Origin: Candidatus Pelagibacterales bacterium
Lineage (GTDB): Bacteria; Pseudomonadota; Alphaproteobacteria; Pelagibacterales; AG-422-B15
Assembly: GCA_028412835.1 (NCBI GenBank)
Contig: JAONQW010000003.1
Location: 21,028-85,027 of the forward strand
Length of the DNA: 64,000 bases
Direction of reading: 5' to 3'
The first letter of the stretch is position 1. Each line of letters starts with the position of its first letter. Below are positions 10,595 to 21,423 of this stretch, in pieces. Under the pieces are notes generated by a model. The model saw only the letters and a program-made list of their open reading frames with translations. It ran no database searches and was not told where the DNA came from. Made by a program: the position numbers and the translations under genes.

Positions 10595-13009
10595 ATGGTA
10601 GAAGATAAAAAAAACACCACCAAGAAAAAAACTTTAAGCCTAAAACTTGGTTCTTCAGTCAAATCGAATCCCCTAAAAAGCTTTGAGAGTGGTTCAACAG
10701 TAATTGTTGAACGTAAACGTCTTAGAAAAAATGTAATAGCTTCTGCTGAAAAAATTGAGCCAGAAAAAAACCAATCTCCAAAGCTTGATGAACCAGAAAA
10801 AAAAGTCGAGACAGAAGTCAAAGAAGTAAAAAAATCTGGAAAAATATTAAAAAGACTTTCTAAGGAGGAACAAAAAAAATTACAAGAAGCTAAAAATGCA
10901 GCAGACAAAGAAGATGTTTTGAAAGAAATTGGTGGAATTGTAAATGAGCAACCTCAAGAGTCTAAAGCAGAGCAATCAAAGGCTACTGAAGAATCACAAG
11001 AAGAAATAATTAAAGTAGTAGAGGAAAAAGATAATAAACCAGTCACAACATTTAAAGAAACAGAATTGAATGAAGACCAAAAAGATAAGAAAAAGCCAAG
11101 TGGTGGATATGGTAGAAAAAATCTTAGAGAAAGAAAGGTAACTATCGTTACAGCTTTGTCGGGAATGGATGAGCGTACTAGAAGTTTGGCTGCCTATAAA
11201 AGATCAAAGCAAAAAACTAAAAAAAATATATCAAATAATGATCCTCAGCAAAAAATTATTCGAGAGGTTAATATTCCTGAGCATGTAACAGTTAAGGAAT
11301 TAGCTATAAAAATGGCTGAAAAATCTGGTGATGTTATTAAATCACTAATGAAAATGGGTATGATGGCAACCATTAACGAAACTCTTGATGCCGATACAGC
11401 AGAATTAATAGTTACTGAATTTGGGCATAAATTTAAAAGAGAAAATGTTGAAGAACTAGAAAAAGACCTAATTTCTCATAATGACAATGCAGCCAAAGAT
11501 TCAATTAGGCCGCCAATCGTAACTATAATGGGTCATGTTGATCATGGAAAAACTTCTTTATTAGATAAGCTGAGAAATTCAAACATTGTTTCAGGAGAAA
11601 GTGGTGGTATCACTCAGCACATTGGGGCATATCAAATTAAACATAATGATAAAAAAATTACGTTCATTGATACACCTGGCCATGCTGCGTTTACTGAAAT
11701 GCGGGCAAGGGGAGCCAATGTAACAGATATTATTATACTAATAGTTGCTGCAGATGATGGAGTTATGCCACAAACTCAAGAGGCTATTTCACACGCTAAG
11801 TCTGCAAATGTACCAATTATTGTTGCCATTAATAAATGTGATAAACCAGAGGCAAATCCGAAAAAAATCAAGGAACAGCTATTGTCAGAGGAAATTATCG
11901 TTGAAGAATTTTCAGGTGATGTTCAATGCGTAGAAATTTCAGCTGAAACAGGAATGAATTTTGATAAGCTTTTGGAGTCTATAGTTTTACAAAGTGAATT
12001 AGCAGACCTAAAAGCTAATAATGAAACATATGCTGAAGGAAGTGTAATTGAAGCCAATGTTGATAAAGGTAGAGGTGTAATTTCTAATATCATAATTACA
12101 AATGGCTGTTTAAAAGTTGGAGATATTGCTGTAGCTGGTTCAGAGTATGGAAGAGTGAGAGCTATACTTGATGATCAGGGAAAAAATCTAAAAGAAGCAC
12201 TGCCATCTTCCCCAATCCAAATGCTTGGATTAGGTAATGCACCTTTAGCTGGTGATAGCTTCGTAATAGTAGACACTGAAAAAAAAGCTCTTGAATTAAT
12301 TAATATTAGAAAAGAAATCTATAAAACAAAAACTCAGCCGAAAAGTGTTAAAACTTTTGATAACGAAACAGCATTTAATTTTGCAAGTCAAAGCAAGGAA
12401 CTTGTAGAAATAGTTCTTAAGTCGGACACTCGAGGATCTACAGAAGCGATTGTTAATCAAATTAACAAAATTTTGAGTGATAAAGTAAATATCAATGTGA
12501 TTCACTCAGGAGTTGGGCTTATCAATGAAAGTGATGTTGCTCTGGCAGCAGCCTCAAATGCGTTGTTAGTATCGTTTAATACTTCAGCTACTAAAGAAGC
12601 AAAAATTAAAGCTAAAGTAAACAAAACAAATATTGCAGATTTTTCAATAATTTATGAACTTATAACTTATGTCTCTGACTATGCCACTGGACAACTTAAA
12701 CCAGAGATTAAAGAAAACTACTTAGGTAAAGCTGAAATATTAAAAGTATTTAAAGTTTCCAAAGTTGGTTCAGTTGCAGGGTGTATGGTAACGGATGGGA
12801 TGGTAGAAAAAGATGCAAATGCAAGAATATTAAGAGACGACAGCTCAATTTACGAAGGTAAAATAGTTACATTGATGAGAGAAAAAAATGAAGCTAAAGA
12901 AGTAAATACTGGTACTGAATGTGGAATTGGATTGAAAGAGTTTAATGAATATAAAGAGGGTGATATTATCGAAGTGTTTAATGTCGAAGAAGTATCTCAA
13001 ACATTGTGA
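10595..13009 (+). CDS. infB: Translation initiation factor IF-2
   Basis: K/E-rich N-terminus followed by a GTPase domain with '[12 protein letters not shown]', 'DTPGH' and 'NKCD'. Confidence 0.95.
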   Translation: MVEDKKNTTKKKTLSLKLGSSVKSNPLKSFESGSTVIVERKRLRKNVIASAEKIEPEKNQSPKLDEPEKKVETEVKEVKKSGKILKRLSKEEQKKLQEAKNAADKEDVLKEIGGIVNEQPQESKAEQSKATEESQEEIIKVVEEKDNKPVTTFKETELNEDQKDKKKPSGGYGRKNLRERKVTIVTALSGMDERTRSLAAYKRSKQKTKKNISNNDPQQKIIREVNIPEHVTVKELAIKMAEKSGDVIKSLMKMGMMATINETLDADTAELIVTEFGHKFKRENVEELEKDLISHNDNAAKDSIRPPIVTIMGHVDHGKTSLLDKLRNSNIVSGESGGITQHIGAYQIKHNDKKITFIDTPGHAAFTEMRARGANVTDIIILIVAADDGVMPQTQEAISHAKSANVPIIVAINKCDKPEANPKKIKEQLLSEEIIVEEFSGDVQCVEISAETGMNFDKLLESIVLQSELADLKANNETYAEGSVIEANVDKGRGVISNIIITNGCLKVGDIAVAGSEYGRVRAILDDQGKNLKEALPSSPIQMLGLGNAPLAGDSFVIVDTEKKALELINIRKEIYKTKTQPKSVKTFDNETAFNFASQSKELVEIVLKSDTRGSTEAIVNQINKILSDKVNINVIHSGVGLINESDVALAAASNALLVSFNTSATKEAKIKAKVNKTNIADFSIIYELITYVSDYATGQLKPEIKENYLGKAEILKVFKVSKVGSVAGCMVTDGMVEKDANARILRDDSSIYEGKIVTLMREKNEAKEVNTGTECGIGLKEFNEYKEGDIIEVFNVEEVSQTL

Positions 13010-13392
13010 TAATTAAAAAAAAGTACAATCAATCAAATCGTCACTTCAAAGTTACTGAAAATATTAAAAAATCTATTAGTGAAATTCTACTAAGAAATGA
13101 ACTTCCAATTGAAACAAATTTTAGTTTTCCACTTACAGTTATAGAAGTTAAAATGAGTGATGATATCAGACATGCTTATGTTTATATAAGTACGCATGAA
13201 ACATTAGAGGAAAAAGCGATACTTCAAAATTTAAAAGACTCCAGTCATTATATAGCAAAAGAAATGAATAAACTTATTAGTATGAAATTTTTACCTAAAC
13301 TAATTTTTAGATTTGATAAAACATCAAAAAACTTTGAAAAGATTGCTGAATTACTAAATAGTGAAAAAGTAAGAGAAGATCTTAAAAAATAA
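13006..13392 (+). CDS. rbfA: Ribosome-binding factor A
   Basis: 128 aa with a GTGA overlap with infB. Canonical infB-rbfA-truB order and an RbfA-like KH-fold pattern ('TVIEVKMSDDIRHAYVYIS'). Confidence 0.8.
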   Translation: MIIKKKYNQSNRHFKVTENIKKSISEILLRNELPIETNFSFPLTVIEVKMSDDIRHAYVYISTHETLEEKAILQNLKDSSHYIAKEMNKLISMKFLPKLIFRFDKTSKNFEKIAELLNSEKVREDLKK

Positions 13393-13396
13393 AATA

Positions 13397-14284
13397 ATGT
13401 CTGAAAATAAGATTGATGGATGGCTTTTTATAGATAAGCCAATTGGCATATCATCATTTTCAGTTATTAAAAAAATTAGAAAAAAATTAAATACTAAAAA
13501 AATTGGTCATGCAGGTACACTTGATCCTTTTGCAACTGGAGTATTAGGCATAGCTATTGGCGAAGCAACAAAATCTATTGATTATTTAAATGATAAAAAA
13601 GAATATGAATTTAACATTACTTTTGGTGAATCTAAAACGACAGAAGATCTGGAAGGTGAAACTTTAGATGAGACTAATATAATCCCAAACAAAAGTGATA
13701 TTAAAAATATATTAAAATATTTTAAGGGTGTTATTGATCAACACCCACCCAAGCATTCATCTATTAAAATTAATGGTCAAAGATCCTATAATCTTGCTCG
13801 TAAAGATTTAAACTTTGAAACAAAGTCTAGAAAGATAACTATTTATGAAATTAATCACATTAAACAACTTAATAATTTTACTCATAAATTCAGAGTTAAA
13901 TGTTCTTCAGGAACTTATATAAGATCATTAGGAAGAGATATTGCTATAAGACTAAATTCATTAGGTTATATCTCATTTTTAAGAAGAACTAAAATTTCAA
14001 AAATTGATGAAAAAATTATTATTTCACTAGATAAATTCTTAGAATTGGTACATATTGGCAATCATTTCAAAATGGTAGTGCCTATTGAAAGTGTACTGGA
14101 CGACATCCCGGCAGTATATCTCAATGAGGAAAATGCTTTTAAATTTAGAAATGGTCAAGTGATGAGTATTTTTGATTCAGCTAGTGAAGTTAATTCATTA
14201 TTAGTCTTAAAAGAAAAAGAAGTAGTAGGACTTGGTAAGATAGTAAGTGGTAAATTAGTGCCAATTAGGATGTTTAATATATAA
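13397..14284 (+). CDS. truB: tRNA pseudouridine-55 synthase
   Basis: Catalytic Asp motif 'GHAGTLDPFATGVL'. Confidence 0.9.
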   Translation: MSENKIDGWLFIDKPIGISSFSVIKKIRKKLNTKKIGHAGTLDPFATGVLGIAIGEATKSIDYLNDKKEYEFNITFGESKTTEDLEGETLDETNIIPNKSDIKNILKYFKGVIDQHPPKHSSIKINGQRSYNLARKDLNFETKSRKITIYEINHIKQLNNFTHKFRVKCSSGTYIRSLGRDIAIRLNSLGYISFLRRTKISKIDEKIIISLDKFLELVHIGNHFKMVVPIESVLDDIPAVYLNEENAFKFRNGQVMSIFDSASEVNSLLVLKEKEVVGLGKIVSGKLVPIRMFNI

Positions 14285-14303
14285 CAATAAAAAAGGATAA
14301 GAG

Positions 14304-14573
14304 ATGTCGATTGATAAAGAAAAAAAAACTGAAATTATAAGTAATTTCTCAAGGGGAGATACTGATACTGGTTCTCCTGAAGTTCAAGTAGCAATATTAA
14401 CTGAGAGAATATCCAATTTAACTGGACACTTTCAAACACATAAAAAAGATAATCATTCAAGAACTGGATTAATGAGACTTATTAATCAAAGAAAAACTTT
14501 GCTTGCATATCTAAAGAAAACCAACGTAGCTTCATATGAAACATTAATCGATAAGCTTGGTTTAAGAAAATAA
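14304..14573 (+). CDS. rpsO: 30S ribosomal protein S15
   Basis: 89 aa with '[16 protein letters not shown]' and '[11 protein letters not shown]'. Confidence 0.95.
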   Translation: MSIDKEKKTEIISNFSRGDTDTGSPEVQVAILTERISNLTGHFQTHKKDNHSRTGLMRLINQRKTLLAYLKKTNVASYETLIDKLGLRK

Positions 14574-14609
14574 CATTAACAATAAATTTAATTGAAAAAG
14601 GAAAAAATA

Positions 14610-16679
14610 ATGAGTGAGTCAATCTCAAGAGAGATCCAATGGGGAAAAGATAAATTAATAATTGAAACTGGAAAAGTTGCTAAACAAGCAACAGCATCAA
14701 CTATTGTAAGGTATGGTGATACTGTCGTAATGTGTAATGTTACTGCAGCAAAACAAGCAAAACCTGATATTGATTTTTTCCCACTAACTGTAAATTATAC
14801 AGAAAAATATTATGCAGCTGGAAAAATACCAGGTGGTTTTTTTAAAAGAGAGGCAAGACCAACCGAAGCTGAAACATTAATATGCAGGTTGATTGATAGA
14901 CCTATTAGACCGCTGTTTCCAGAAGGTTTTAAAAATGAGACACAGGTCATCTTAACAGTACTATCTCATGACACTGAAACAAATGCTGACATTGTTGCAA
15001 TGGTAGCTGCTTCAAGTGCATTGACTATATCAGGCATACCTTTCATGGGCCCTATTTCTGGCTGTAGAGTTGGATATAAAGATGGTGAATATTCACTAAA
15101 TCCAAAAATGAATGAAGAATCAGATTTAGATTTAGTTGTAGCTGGAACAAATTCAGCTGTTTTAATGGTTGAGTCTGAAGCCAATCAACTTTCTGAAGAG
15201 GTAATGTTAGGCGCTGTTACATATGGTCACAAAGAAATGCAACCAGTAATTGATATGATTATTGATCTTGCTGAAGAATGTGCAAAAGAGCCATGGCAAT
15301 TTGAGTATGTTGAAAATACTGATTTAAAAGAAATTGTAAAAAAAGAATGTTCAGATGATATAGCTAAGGCTTACGCTCTAACTGATAAGATGGAAAGACA
15401 CTCTGCACTTTCTGACTCAAAAGAAAAATTATTAAAAGCTCACGAAAACGATGAAGACATTAATCCAAATGAATTAATGTCTTATTTCAAAAAAATAGAA
15501 AAAAACATTGTTCGTGGTCAAATTATTAATAATAAATCAAGAATTGATGGTAGAAAACTTGATGAGATAAGAAATATTAATAATGAAGTGTCTTGGTTGC
15601 CAAGAACACATGGATCTGCATTATTCACTAGAGGAGAAACACAAGCTATAGTTGTAGCAACACTTGGATTTGGAGATGATGAGCAGCGCATAGAGGCCTT
15701 ACAAGGATCTTATAAAGAAAAGTTTATGCTTCATTATAACTTTCCACCATATTCAGTAGGTGAAGTTGGAAGAAGTGGTTTTACAAGCAGAAGAGAAGTT
15801 GGTCATGGTAAACTTGCTTGGAGAGCTATGAAGGCTGTCCTTCCAGATTCAGAAGAGTTTGATTATACAATTAGATTAGTTTCTGAGATTACAGAATCAA
15901 ATGGATCATCATCCATGGCAACTGTATGTGGCTCATCCTTAGCTTTGATGGATGCTGGTGTTCCAATTAAGAGTGCTGTTTCAGGAATTGCAATGGGACT
16001 TATTAAAGAAGGAGATGACTTTGCAGTACTATCAGATATTTTAGGTGATGAAGATCATCTTGGTGATATGGATTTTAAAGTTGCTGGTACAAAAGATGGT
16101 ATAACTTCTTTACAAATGGATATTAAAATTACAGGCATAACAACAGAAATTATGGAACAGGCATTAAGTCAGGCAAATGCTGGTAGAATGCACATATTAT
16201 CTGAAATGAATAAAACAATTGATGCCCCTAGAACAGAACTTGGACCTTATACTCCAAGAAGTGAAATGATTAAAATTCAAAGAGACAATATTGGAGCGGT
16301 GATTGGCAAAGGTGGAGCAGTAATTAAGGAAATTATCGCTGAATCAGGTGCTAAAGTTGATATTAGTGACAATGGAACTGTTAAAATTTCTGGAACTAGC
16401 AAAGAAATGATTCAATCCGCAATTGATATGATTAATGGAATTATTCAAGAGCCAGAAGTCGGGGATATTTTTGAGGGCAAGGTTGTTAAGATTATGGAAT
16501 TTGGTGCATTTGTTAATTTCATGGGTAAAAAAGATGGTCTTGTTCATATCTCTCAGCTTGCCGAAAAAAGAGTTGAAAAAGTTACTGACGTAGTAAGTGA
16601 AGGTGATACAGTCAAGGTTAAAGTAATTGGATTTGACAAAGGTAAAGTTAAACTTTCAATGAAAGATATTGACGCTTAA
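14610..16679 (+). CDS. pnp: Polynucleotide phosphorylase
   Basis: Two RNase PH domains, a KH domain and an S1 domain ('[15 protein letters not shown]'). I prefer the ATG at 14610, which is preceded by AAGGA, over the TTG at 14592 in the track. That choice gives an N-terminus aligned with other PNPases ([12 protein letters not shown]...). Confidence 0.9.
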   Translation: MSESISREIQWGKDKLIIETGKVAKQATASTIVRYGDTVVMCNVTAAKQAKPDIDFFPLTVNYTEKYYAAGKIPGGFFKREARPTEAETLICRLIDRPIRPLFPEGFKNETQVILTVLSHDTETNADIVAMVAASSALTISGIPFMGPISGCRVGYKDGEYSLNPKMNEESDLDLVVAGTNSAVLMVESEANQLSEEVMLGAVTYGHKEMQPVIDMIIDLAEECAKEPWQFEYVENTDLKEIVKKECSDDIAKAYALTDKMERHSALSDSKEKLLKAHENDEDINPNELMSYFKKIEKNIVRGQIINNKSRIDGRKLDEIRNINNEVSWLPRTHGSALFTRGETQAIVVATLGFGDDEQRIEALQGSYKEKFMLHYNFPPYSVGEVGRSGFTSRREVGHGKLAWRAMKAVLPDSEEFDYTIRLVSEITESNGSSSMATVCGSSLALMDAGVPIKSAVSGIAMGLIKEGDDFAVLSDILGDEDHLGDMDFKVAGTKDGITSLQMDIKITGITTEIMEQALSQANAGRMHILSEMNKTIDAPRTELGPYTPRSEMIKIQRDNIGAVIGKGGAVIKEIIAESGAKVDISDNGTVKISGTSKEMIQSAIDMINGIIQEPEVGDIFEGKVVKIMEFGAFVNFMGKKDGLVHISQLAEKRVEKVTDVVSEGDTVKVKVIGFDKGKVKLSMKDIDA

Positions 16680-16692
16680 TTAAAAATTAAAA

Positions 16693-18144
16693 ATGGCAAA
16701 AAAAAAATTCCTGGATGATAAACTGCATGAAGAATGTGGTGTATTCGGAATTTTTGGAAGCCCAGACGCATCTACACTAACAACCCTAGGATTACACGCA
16801 CTTCAACATCGTGGTCAAGAAGGAGCTGGAATTGTTACTTTTGATGGCGATAAATTCAATGGCGTCAGAAGACCAGGTTTGGTTGGTGATAATTTTAATA
16901 AACCAGAAATAATATCAAGACTACCTGGTAGAAATGCAATTGGCCATGTTAGATATTCTACAACTGGTGATTCAATTTTAAAAAACATCCAACCTCTATT
17001 TGCAGACTTAGCAGTTGGGGGGTTCGCATGTGCTCATAATGGAAATTTAACGAATGCTTCCATGTTAAGAAAAAACCTAGTTGCTGATGGATCTATATTT
17101 CAAACAACATCTGATACAGAAACAATTCTACAATTAGTGGCACGTTCAAAGAGAGTCCCAATGGTTGATAAAATAATAGATGCTTTATTTCAAGTACAAG
17201 GTGCCTATGCTTTAGTAATCTTAACTAATAAAAAATTAATTGGTATTAGGGATCCATATGGAATTCGCCCATTAGTTCTTGGAGATTTGAATGGTGCACC
17301 AGTTTTAGCATCTGAAACCTGTGCTCTAGATATAATAGGAGCAAAATATGTTAGAGACGTAGAGAATGGCGAGATTGTAGTTATTTCAGAGTCTGGTATT
17401 GAGAGCATTAAGCCATTTCCAGCCGCTGATGAACGTCCGTGTATCTTTGAAAGAATTTACTTCTCAAGACCCGATAGTATTGTTGATGGCAAAACAGTTT
17501 ATGTTTATAGAAAAAACCTTGGAGAACAATTAGCAATAGAAAATAATATTAAAGCAGATGTTGTAATCCCTGTTCCAGATTCGGGAGTGCCAGCTGCATT
17601 AGGTTTTGCACAAAAGTCAAACATACCTTTCGAATTAGGTATAATTAGGAACCACTATGTAGGAAGAACTTTTATTGAACCTACTCAAAATATTAGACAG
17701 TTTGGAGTAAAGTTAAAACATAGCGCTAATAGATCATATATAGAAAATAAAAAAGTAATTTTAATTGATGATTCAATTGTAAGAGGGACCACTGCTAGAA
17801 AAATTGTTAAAATGATTTATGATGCAGGTGCCACTGAAGTACATTTTGGAATTTCATGTCCACCAATAACCCATCCTGATTTTTATGGAATAGATACTCC
17901 GGATTATGATGAACTTTTAGCATCTAAAAGTACAATTGAAGAGATGAGAGATTCTATTGGTGCAACCTCTTTATTCTTTTTGTCGCTTGATGGAACTTAT
18001 AAAGCAATGGGACAGAATAAAAGAGATAATTCTAATCCTCAATTTACAGATCACTGCTTTACTGGCGAATATCCAACTCAACTTCTCGATCATGAACAAG
18101 GAACAACAAGTAAACAATACTCTTTACTCACTGAGAAAAATTAA
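16693..18144 (+). CDS. purF: Amidophosphoribosyltransferase
   Basis: Short propeptide followed by the Ntn catalytic 'CGVFGI', and the PRPP loop 'VILIDDSIVRGTT'. Confidence 0.95.
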   Translation: MAKKKFLDDKLHEECGVFGIFGSPDASTLTTLGLHALQHRGQEGAGIVTFDGDKFNGVRRPGLVGDNFNKPEIISRLPGRNAIGHVRYSTTGDSILKNIQPLFADLAVGGFACAHNGNLTNASMLRKNLVADGSIFQTTSDTETILQLVARSKRVPMVDKIIDALFQVQGAYALVILTNKKLIGIRDPYGIRPLVLGDLNGAPVLASETCALDIIGAKYVRDVENGEIVVISESGIESIKPFPAADERPCIFERIYFSRPDSIVDGKTVYVYRKNLGEQLAIENNIKADVVIPVPDSGVPAALGFAQKSNIPFELGIIRNHYVGRTFIEPTQNIRQFGVKLKHSANRSYIENKKVILIDDSIVRGTTARKIVKMIYDAGATEVHFGISCPPITHPDFYGIDTPDYDELLASKSTIEEMRDSIGATSLFFLSLDGTYKAMGQNKRDNSNPQFTDHCFTGEYPTQLLDHEQGTTSKQYSLLTEKN

Positions 18145-18923
18145 ATTTCTCTAGGTACGCCAACTTTATTATAGCCACAGTCAACATAATGGTTTTCTCC
18201 AGTAACCCCTGAAGAAAGATCACTAAGTAAATAAAATCCTGATTTTCCTACATCTTCTAAAGTTATATTTCTTTGCATTAAAGAATTTTTATCAGACCAT
18301 TTTAGCATGTCTTTCCCGCCAGAAATACCAGCCATAGCTAGAGTTTTCATTGGGCCAGCAGATAATGAATTTACTCTAATATTCTGTCCACCCAAATCAG
18401 TTGCTAAATATCTAACACTTGACTCAAGAGCTGCTTTTGCAACTCCCATAACATTATAATTAGGAACAACTCTTTGTGAACCATCATAACTTAATGTTAC
18501 CAAAGCTCCGCCATTCACCATAAGTTTACTAGCTTCCTTAGCTGTTTCTGTGAATGAAAAACAAGAAATTAACATTGTTTGAGTAAAATTATCTCTAGAA
18601 GTATCTAAATATTTTCCCTTTAATTCATTTTTATCAGAGAAAGCAATGGAGTGAAGAACAAAATCAATTGATCCCCATTTATCTTTTACTTGATTGAAAG
18701 CTTTTTGTATCGAATCTGTATCTAGAACATTACATTCAATCAAAAAATTTGAATTTAGAGACTCGGCAAGAGGTTGTACACGACGAAGCAAAGTTTCACC
18801 AGCGTACATAAAGCAAAGCTCAGCACCTTCCTCAGATAATTTTTTTGCAACACCCCAAGCGATGGAATGGTCATTGGCTAATCCCATTATGACCCCTTTT
18901 TTTCCCTTTAAATACATTCTCAA
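18141..18923 (-). CDS. fabI: Enoyl-ACP reductase (NADH)
   Basis: Has '[11 protein letters not shown]' and 'SAGPMKTLA'. Third gene of a fabA-fabB-fabI string. Confidence 0.9.
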   Translation of the reverse strand: MRMYLKGKKGVIMGLANDHSIAWGVAKKLSEEGAELCFMYAGETLLRRVQPLAESLNSNFLIECNVLDTDSIQKAFNQVKDKWGSIDFVLHSIAFSDKNELKGKYLDTSRDNFTQTMLISCFSFTETAKEASKLMVNGGALVTLSYDGSQRVVPNYNVMGVAKAALESSVRYLATDLGGQNIRVNSLSAGPMKTLAMAGISGGKDMLKWSDKNSLMQRNITLEDVGKSGFYLLSDLSSGVTGENHYVDCGYNKVGVPREI

Positions 18924-20131
18924 TTATACCTTTTAAAAATTAGTGAGGCATTTGTACCTCCAAAACCAAAACTATTACTCATTGCTATATTGAATTGTCC
19001 TTGTTTGATATCTCTTAAAATATTCATATTCTTAGCCGACTCATCGAGATTTTCTATATGAGCAGATTTACACATAAAATTATTTTTCATCATCAAAAGT
19101 GAGTAAATAGCTTCTTGAGCTCCTGCCGCTCCTAGAGAATGACCTGTTAGAGATTTTGTAGAACTTATGTATGGGCAGTTTTCACCAAAAACTTCTTGCA
19201 CTGCGCTCAACTCGGCATTGTCACCAACAGGTGTAGATGTACCATGGGCATTTATATAATCAACTTTTTCATTTGTAGTTTTTATCGCCATTTCCATACA
19301 TCTTTTTGCTCCTTCACCAGATGGCTGAACCATATCATAACCATCTGAGGTTGCACCATAACCAACTAATTCAGCGTAGATTTTAGCTCCACGGGCTTTT
19401 GCATGTTCAAGTTCTTCAAGTACTAAGACACCGCCACCACCAGCAATAACAAATCCATCTCGAGATTCATCAAATGCTCTAGAGGCATTTTCAGGTGTTT
19501 CATTATATTTAGAAGATAGAGCAGTCATTGCATCAAATAACGCAGAAAGAGACCAATCTAGTTCCTCGCCACCACCTGCAAAAACAATATCTTGTTTTCC
19601 CATTTGAATTAATTCAGCGCCATGTCCAATACAATGAGCACTTGTTGCACATGCAGAGCTTATTGAATAGTTCATACCTTTAATTTTAAAAAAAGTTGAT
19701 AGTGTTGCAGAGTTTGTACTACACATAACTTTTGGAACACTTGTTGGACCAATTTTTTTTGGACCGCTATCTCTAGTTATATCAAAAGCACGCAATAGAT
19801 TTTTTGTTGAAGGCCCACCTGAGCCCATAATTAATCCAGTCATTGGATTTGAAATCTCTGTTTCATTTAATCCAGAATCATTTAATGCTTCAACCATAGC
19901 TATATAATTGTAGCTTGCACCATCTCCCATAAATCTTAGAAACTTACGATCAATTGATTCCTGTAAATTAATTTTTATCTGGCCACTTACATGGCTTCTA
20001 AAGCCCATATCTTTATGAGACTGATCAAATGAAATTCCTGATTTAGCAGATTTAAGTGAATCTGTAACTTCTGAAACATTATTACCAATTGGTGATACAA
20101 TTCCTAATCCTGTTACAACAACTTTTCTCAT
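18920..20131 (-). CDS. fabB: 3-oxoacyl-ACP synthase I
   Basis: KAS active-site blocks '[12 protein letters not shown]', 'HGTSTPVGD' and 'GHSLGAAG'. Lies immediately downstream of fabA. Confidence 0.85.
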   Translation of the reverse strand: MRKVVVTGLGIVSPIGNNVSEVTDSLKSAKSGISFDQSHKDMGFRSHVSGQIKINLQESIDRKFLRFMGDGASYNYIAMVEALNDSGLNETEISNPMTGLIMGSGGPSTKNLLRAFDITRDSGPKKIGPTSVPKVMCSTNSATLSTFFKIKGMNYSISSACATSAHCIGHGAELIQMGKQDIVFAGGGEELDWSLSALFDAMTALSSKYNETPENASRAFDESRDGFVIAGGGGVLVLEELEHAKARGAKIYAELVGYGATSDGYDMVQPSGEGAKRCMEMAIKTTNEKVDYINAHGTSTPVGDNAELSAVQEVFGENCPYISSTKSLTGHSLGAAGAQEAIYSLLMMKNNFMCKSAHIENLDESAKNMNILRDIKQGQFNIAMSNSFGFGGTNASLIFKRYN

Positions 20132-20632
20132 TTATTTAATTAAACCTACTTTTAATCCCTCTGCATGATAAATAGTCTTACCATCTGCTTTTACTATACC
20201 ATTCCCAACACCAACTACCACTCCACGCTTAATTACCTTTTTCATATTTATAATATATTCAACTTTCTTTGTATCTTGAAGTATTTCTCCAGCAAATTTT
20301 ATTGAAGCAGCACCAAGCGCCCTACCTCTTCCTGGCTCACCAATCCACCCTAGGAAAAAACCTACTAATTGCCACATTGCATCAAGACCAAGGCATCCAG
20401 GCATAACAGGATCTTTTTCAAAATGACAATCAAAGAACCACAGGGTCGGTTCAATATCAAATTCAGCAATGATTTCACCTTTTCCAAAATCACCACCATC
20501 TTCAGTAATTTTAATAATTCTATCAAACATTAACATTGGTGGAAGTGGAAGTCTTGCATTGCCAATCCCAAACATATTGCCGTGTCCACAATCGAGTAAT
20601 TCTTCTTTAGAAAAGCTTGGTTTTTGTATCAT
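20132..20632 (-). CDS. fabA: 3-hydroxydecanoyl-ACP dehydratase/isomerase
   Basis: Has '[30 protein letters not shown]', typical of FabA. Confidence 0.9.
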   Translation of the reverse strand: MIQKPSFSKEELLDCGHGNMFGIGNARLPLPPMLMFDRIIKITEDGGDFGKGEIIAEFDIEPTLWFFDCHFEKDPVMPGCLGLDAMWQLVGFFLGWIGEPGRGRALGAASIKFAGEILQDTKKVEYIINMKKVIKRGVVVGVGNGIVKADGKTIYHAEGLKVGLIK

Positions 20633-20725
20633 TTTTGTCTACTATCTGTTTGTTTTACATAGGTTTTAATCACCCTAAAGTATTTAGATTGTAAAATACA
20701 TTAATTTTTATTAAATATTAAGGCT

Positions 20726-21121
20726 ATGCAAAGAACTAAAGAAATTTTAAGGGCTAATGACTTAAGACCCACTAAACAACGAGTTTTAATTGGTAACTTT
20801 CTTTTTGATGGGGTTGATAAACATGTGACTGCCGAAAGTTTATTTAAAAAGCTTTCTAATGAGCAACGTGGAGTCTCGCTTGCTACAGTTTACAATACAT
20901 TACATGAATTTTGCAAAAAAGAGCTTTTAAATAAGATTACAATAGATACAGATAAAGTTTATTTTGATACAAACATTAGTTTACACCACCACTTCTTTTC
21001 AGATAAAGAAAAAATTCTTTTAGATATTAAGAGTCAGGATGTAAAAATTAGTTCAATGCCTAATGCACCCAAGGGTAAAAAAATTAAAAAAGTAGAACTT
21101 ATCATTCATTTAGAAGATTAA
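20726..21121 (+). CDS. irr: Iron response regulator Irr (Fur family)
   Basis: Has 'LRPTKQR', 'VSLATVYNTLHEF', 'YFDTN' and the HHH triplet ('SLHHHFF') that is conserved in Irr proteins. Divergent from fabA as in Rhizobiales and Brucella. No N-terminal heme regulatory Cys-Pro motif. Confidence 0.8.
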   Translation: MQRTKEILRANDLRPTKQRVLIGNFLFDGVDKHVTAESLFKKLSNEQRGVSLATVYNTLHEFCKKELLNKITIDTDKVYFDTNISLHHHFFSDKEKILLDIKSQDVKISSMPNAPKGKKIKKVELIIHLED

Positions 21122-21148
21122 TTAGCTGCTAATAACTAGCAATCTCAG

Positions 21149-21165
21149 TTTAGAATAATTCTAAA
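21149..21165. promoter_or_regulatory. Irr-type iron control element (ICE), a perfect palindrome TTTAGAA-TAA-TTCTAAA
   Basis: Read directly from the sequence. It is identical to the published ICE consensus TTTAGAA-N3-TTCTAAA, lies next to irr and sits just upstream of a promoter-like element. Confidence 0.6.
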
Positions 21166-21168
21166 GTA

Positions 21169-21196
21169 TTGACTTCACTATCTTTGCCTTTATACT
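21169..21196 (+). promoter_or_regulatory. Sigma-70-like promoter for the 61-aa ORF
   Basis: TTGACT (21169-21174), a 16-nt spacer, then TATACT (21191-21196). AGGA at 21218-21221 precedes the ATG at 21228. Confidence 0.45.
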
Positions 21197-21227
21197 AATT
21201 ATCATAAATATAAAATTAGGAATACAA

Positions 21228-21413
21228 ATGATTAAAAAAGCTCTGATTAAAAAATTAGAAGGTCAAGTTGCAGTCGCTGCCGCGGATCTAGCAATATTTT
21301 TAGATAAACCACAAGGTGTAGCTGAACATATAGATTATGTAGTCACTGCGGAAAAAAAATTAGAAGAGTTATCATCAGCAAAAGGAAAGCTTGAGTTACT
21401 TAAAAAATTATAA
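21228..21413 (+). CDS. Small hypothetical protein (61 aa, predicted helical hairpin), candidate Irr target
   Basis: A 61-codon stop-free frame in AT-rich DNA, with its own Shine-Dalgarno sequence, promoter and ICE. I do not recognise the family. Confidence 0.6.
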   Translation: MIKKALIKKLEGQVAVAAADLAIFLDKPQGVAEHIDYVVTAEKKLEELSSAKGKLELLKKL

Positions 21414-21423
21414 GTACTTATAA
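21408..21423. repeat. 16-bp perfect palindrome TTATAAGTACTTATAA spanning both convergent stop codons
   Basis: Verified base by base. It contains the TAA of the 61-aa ORF (21411-21413) and the TAA of the minus-strand photolyase-like gene (21418-21420). Confidence 0.9.

Noticed and set aside
10573-10908. A 111-aa minus-strand ORF overlapping the start of infB.
   Set aside because: It is antisense to the K/E-rich low-complexity N-terminus of IF-2, where GAA/AAA runs read as stop-free F/S/L on the opposite strand. It has no independent signals.
14592-14609. The TTG-initiated 6-codon extension of pnp. The same reasoning applies to the 8-codon extension of pckA at 48023-48046.
   Set aside because: The downstream ATGs give N-termini that align with homologues. 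In pnp the ATG is preceded by AAGGA.
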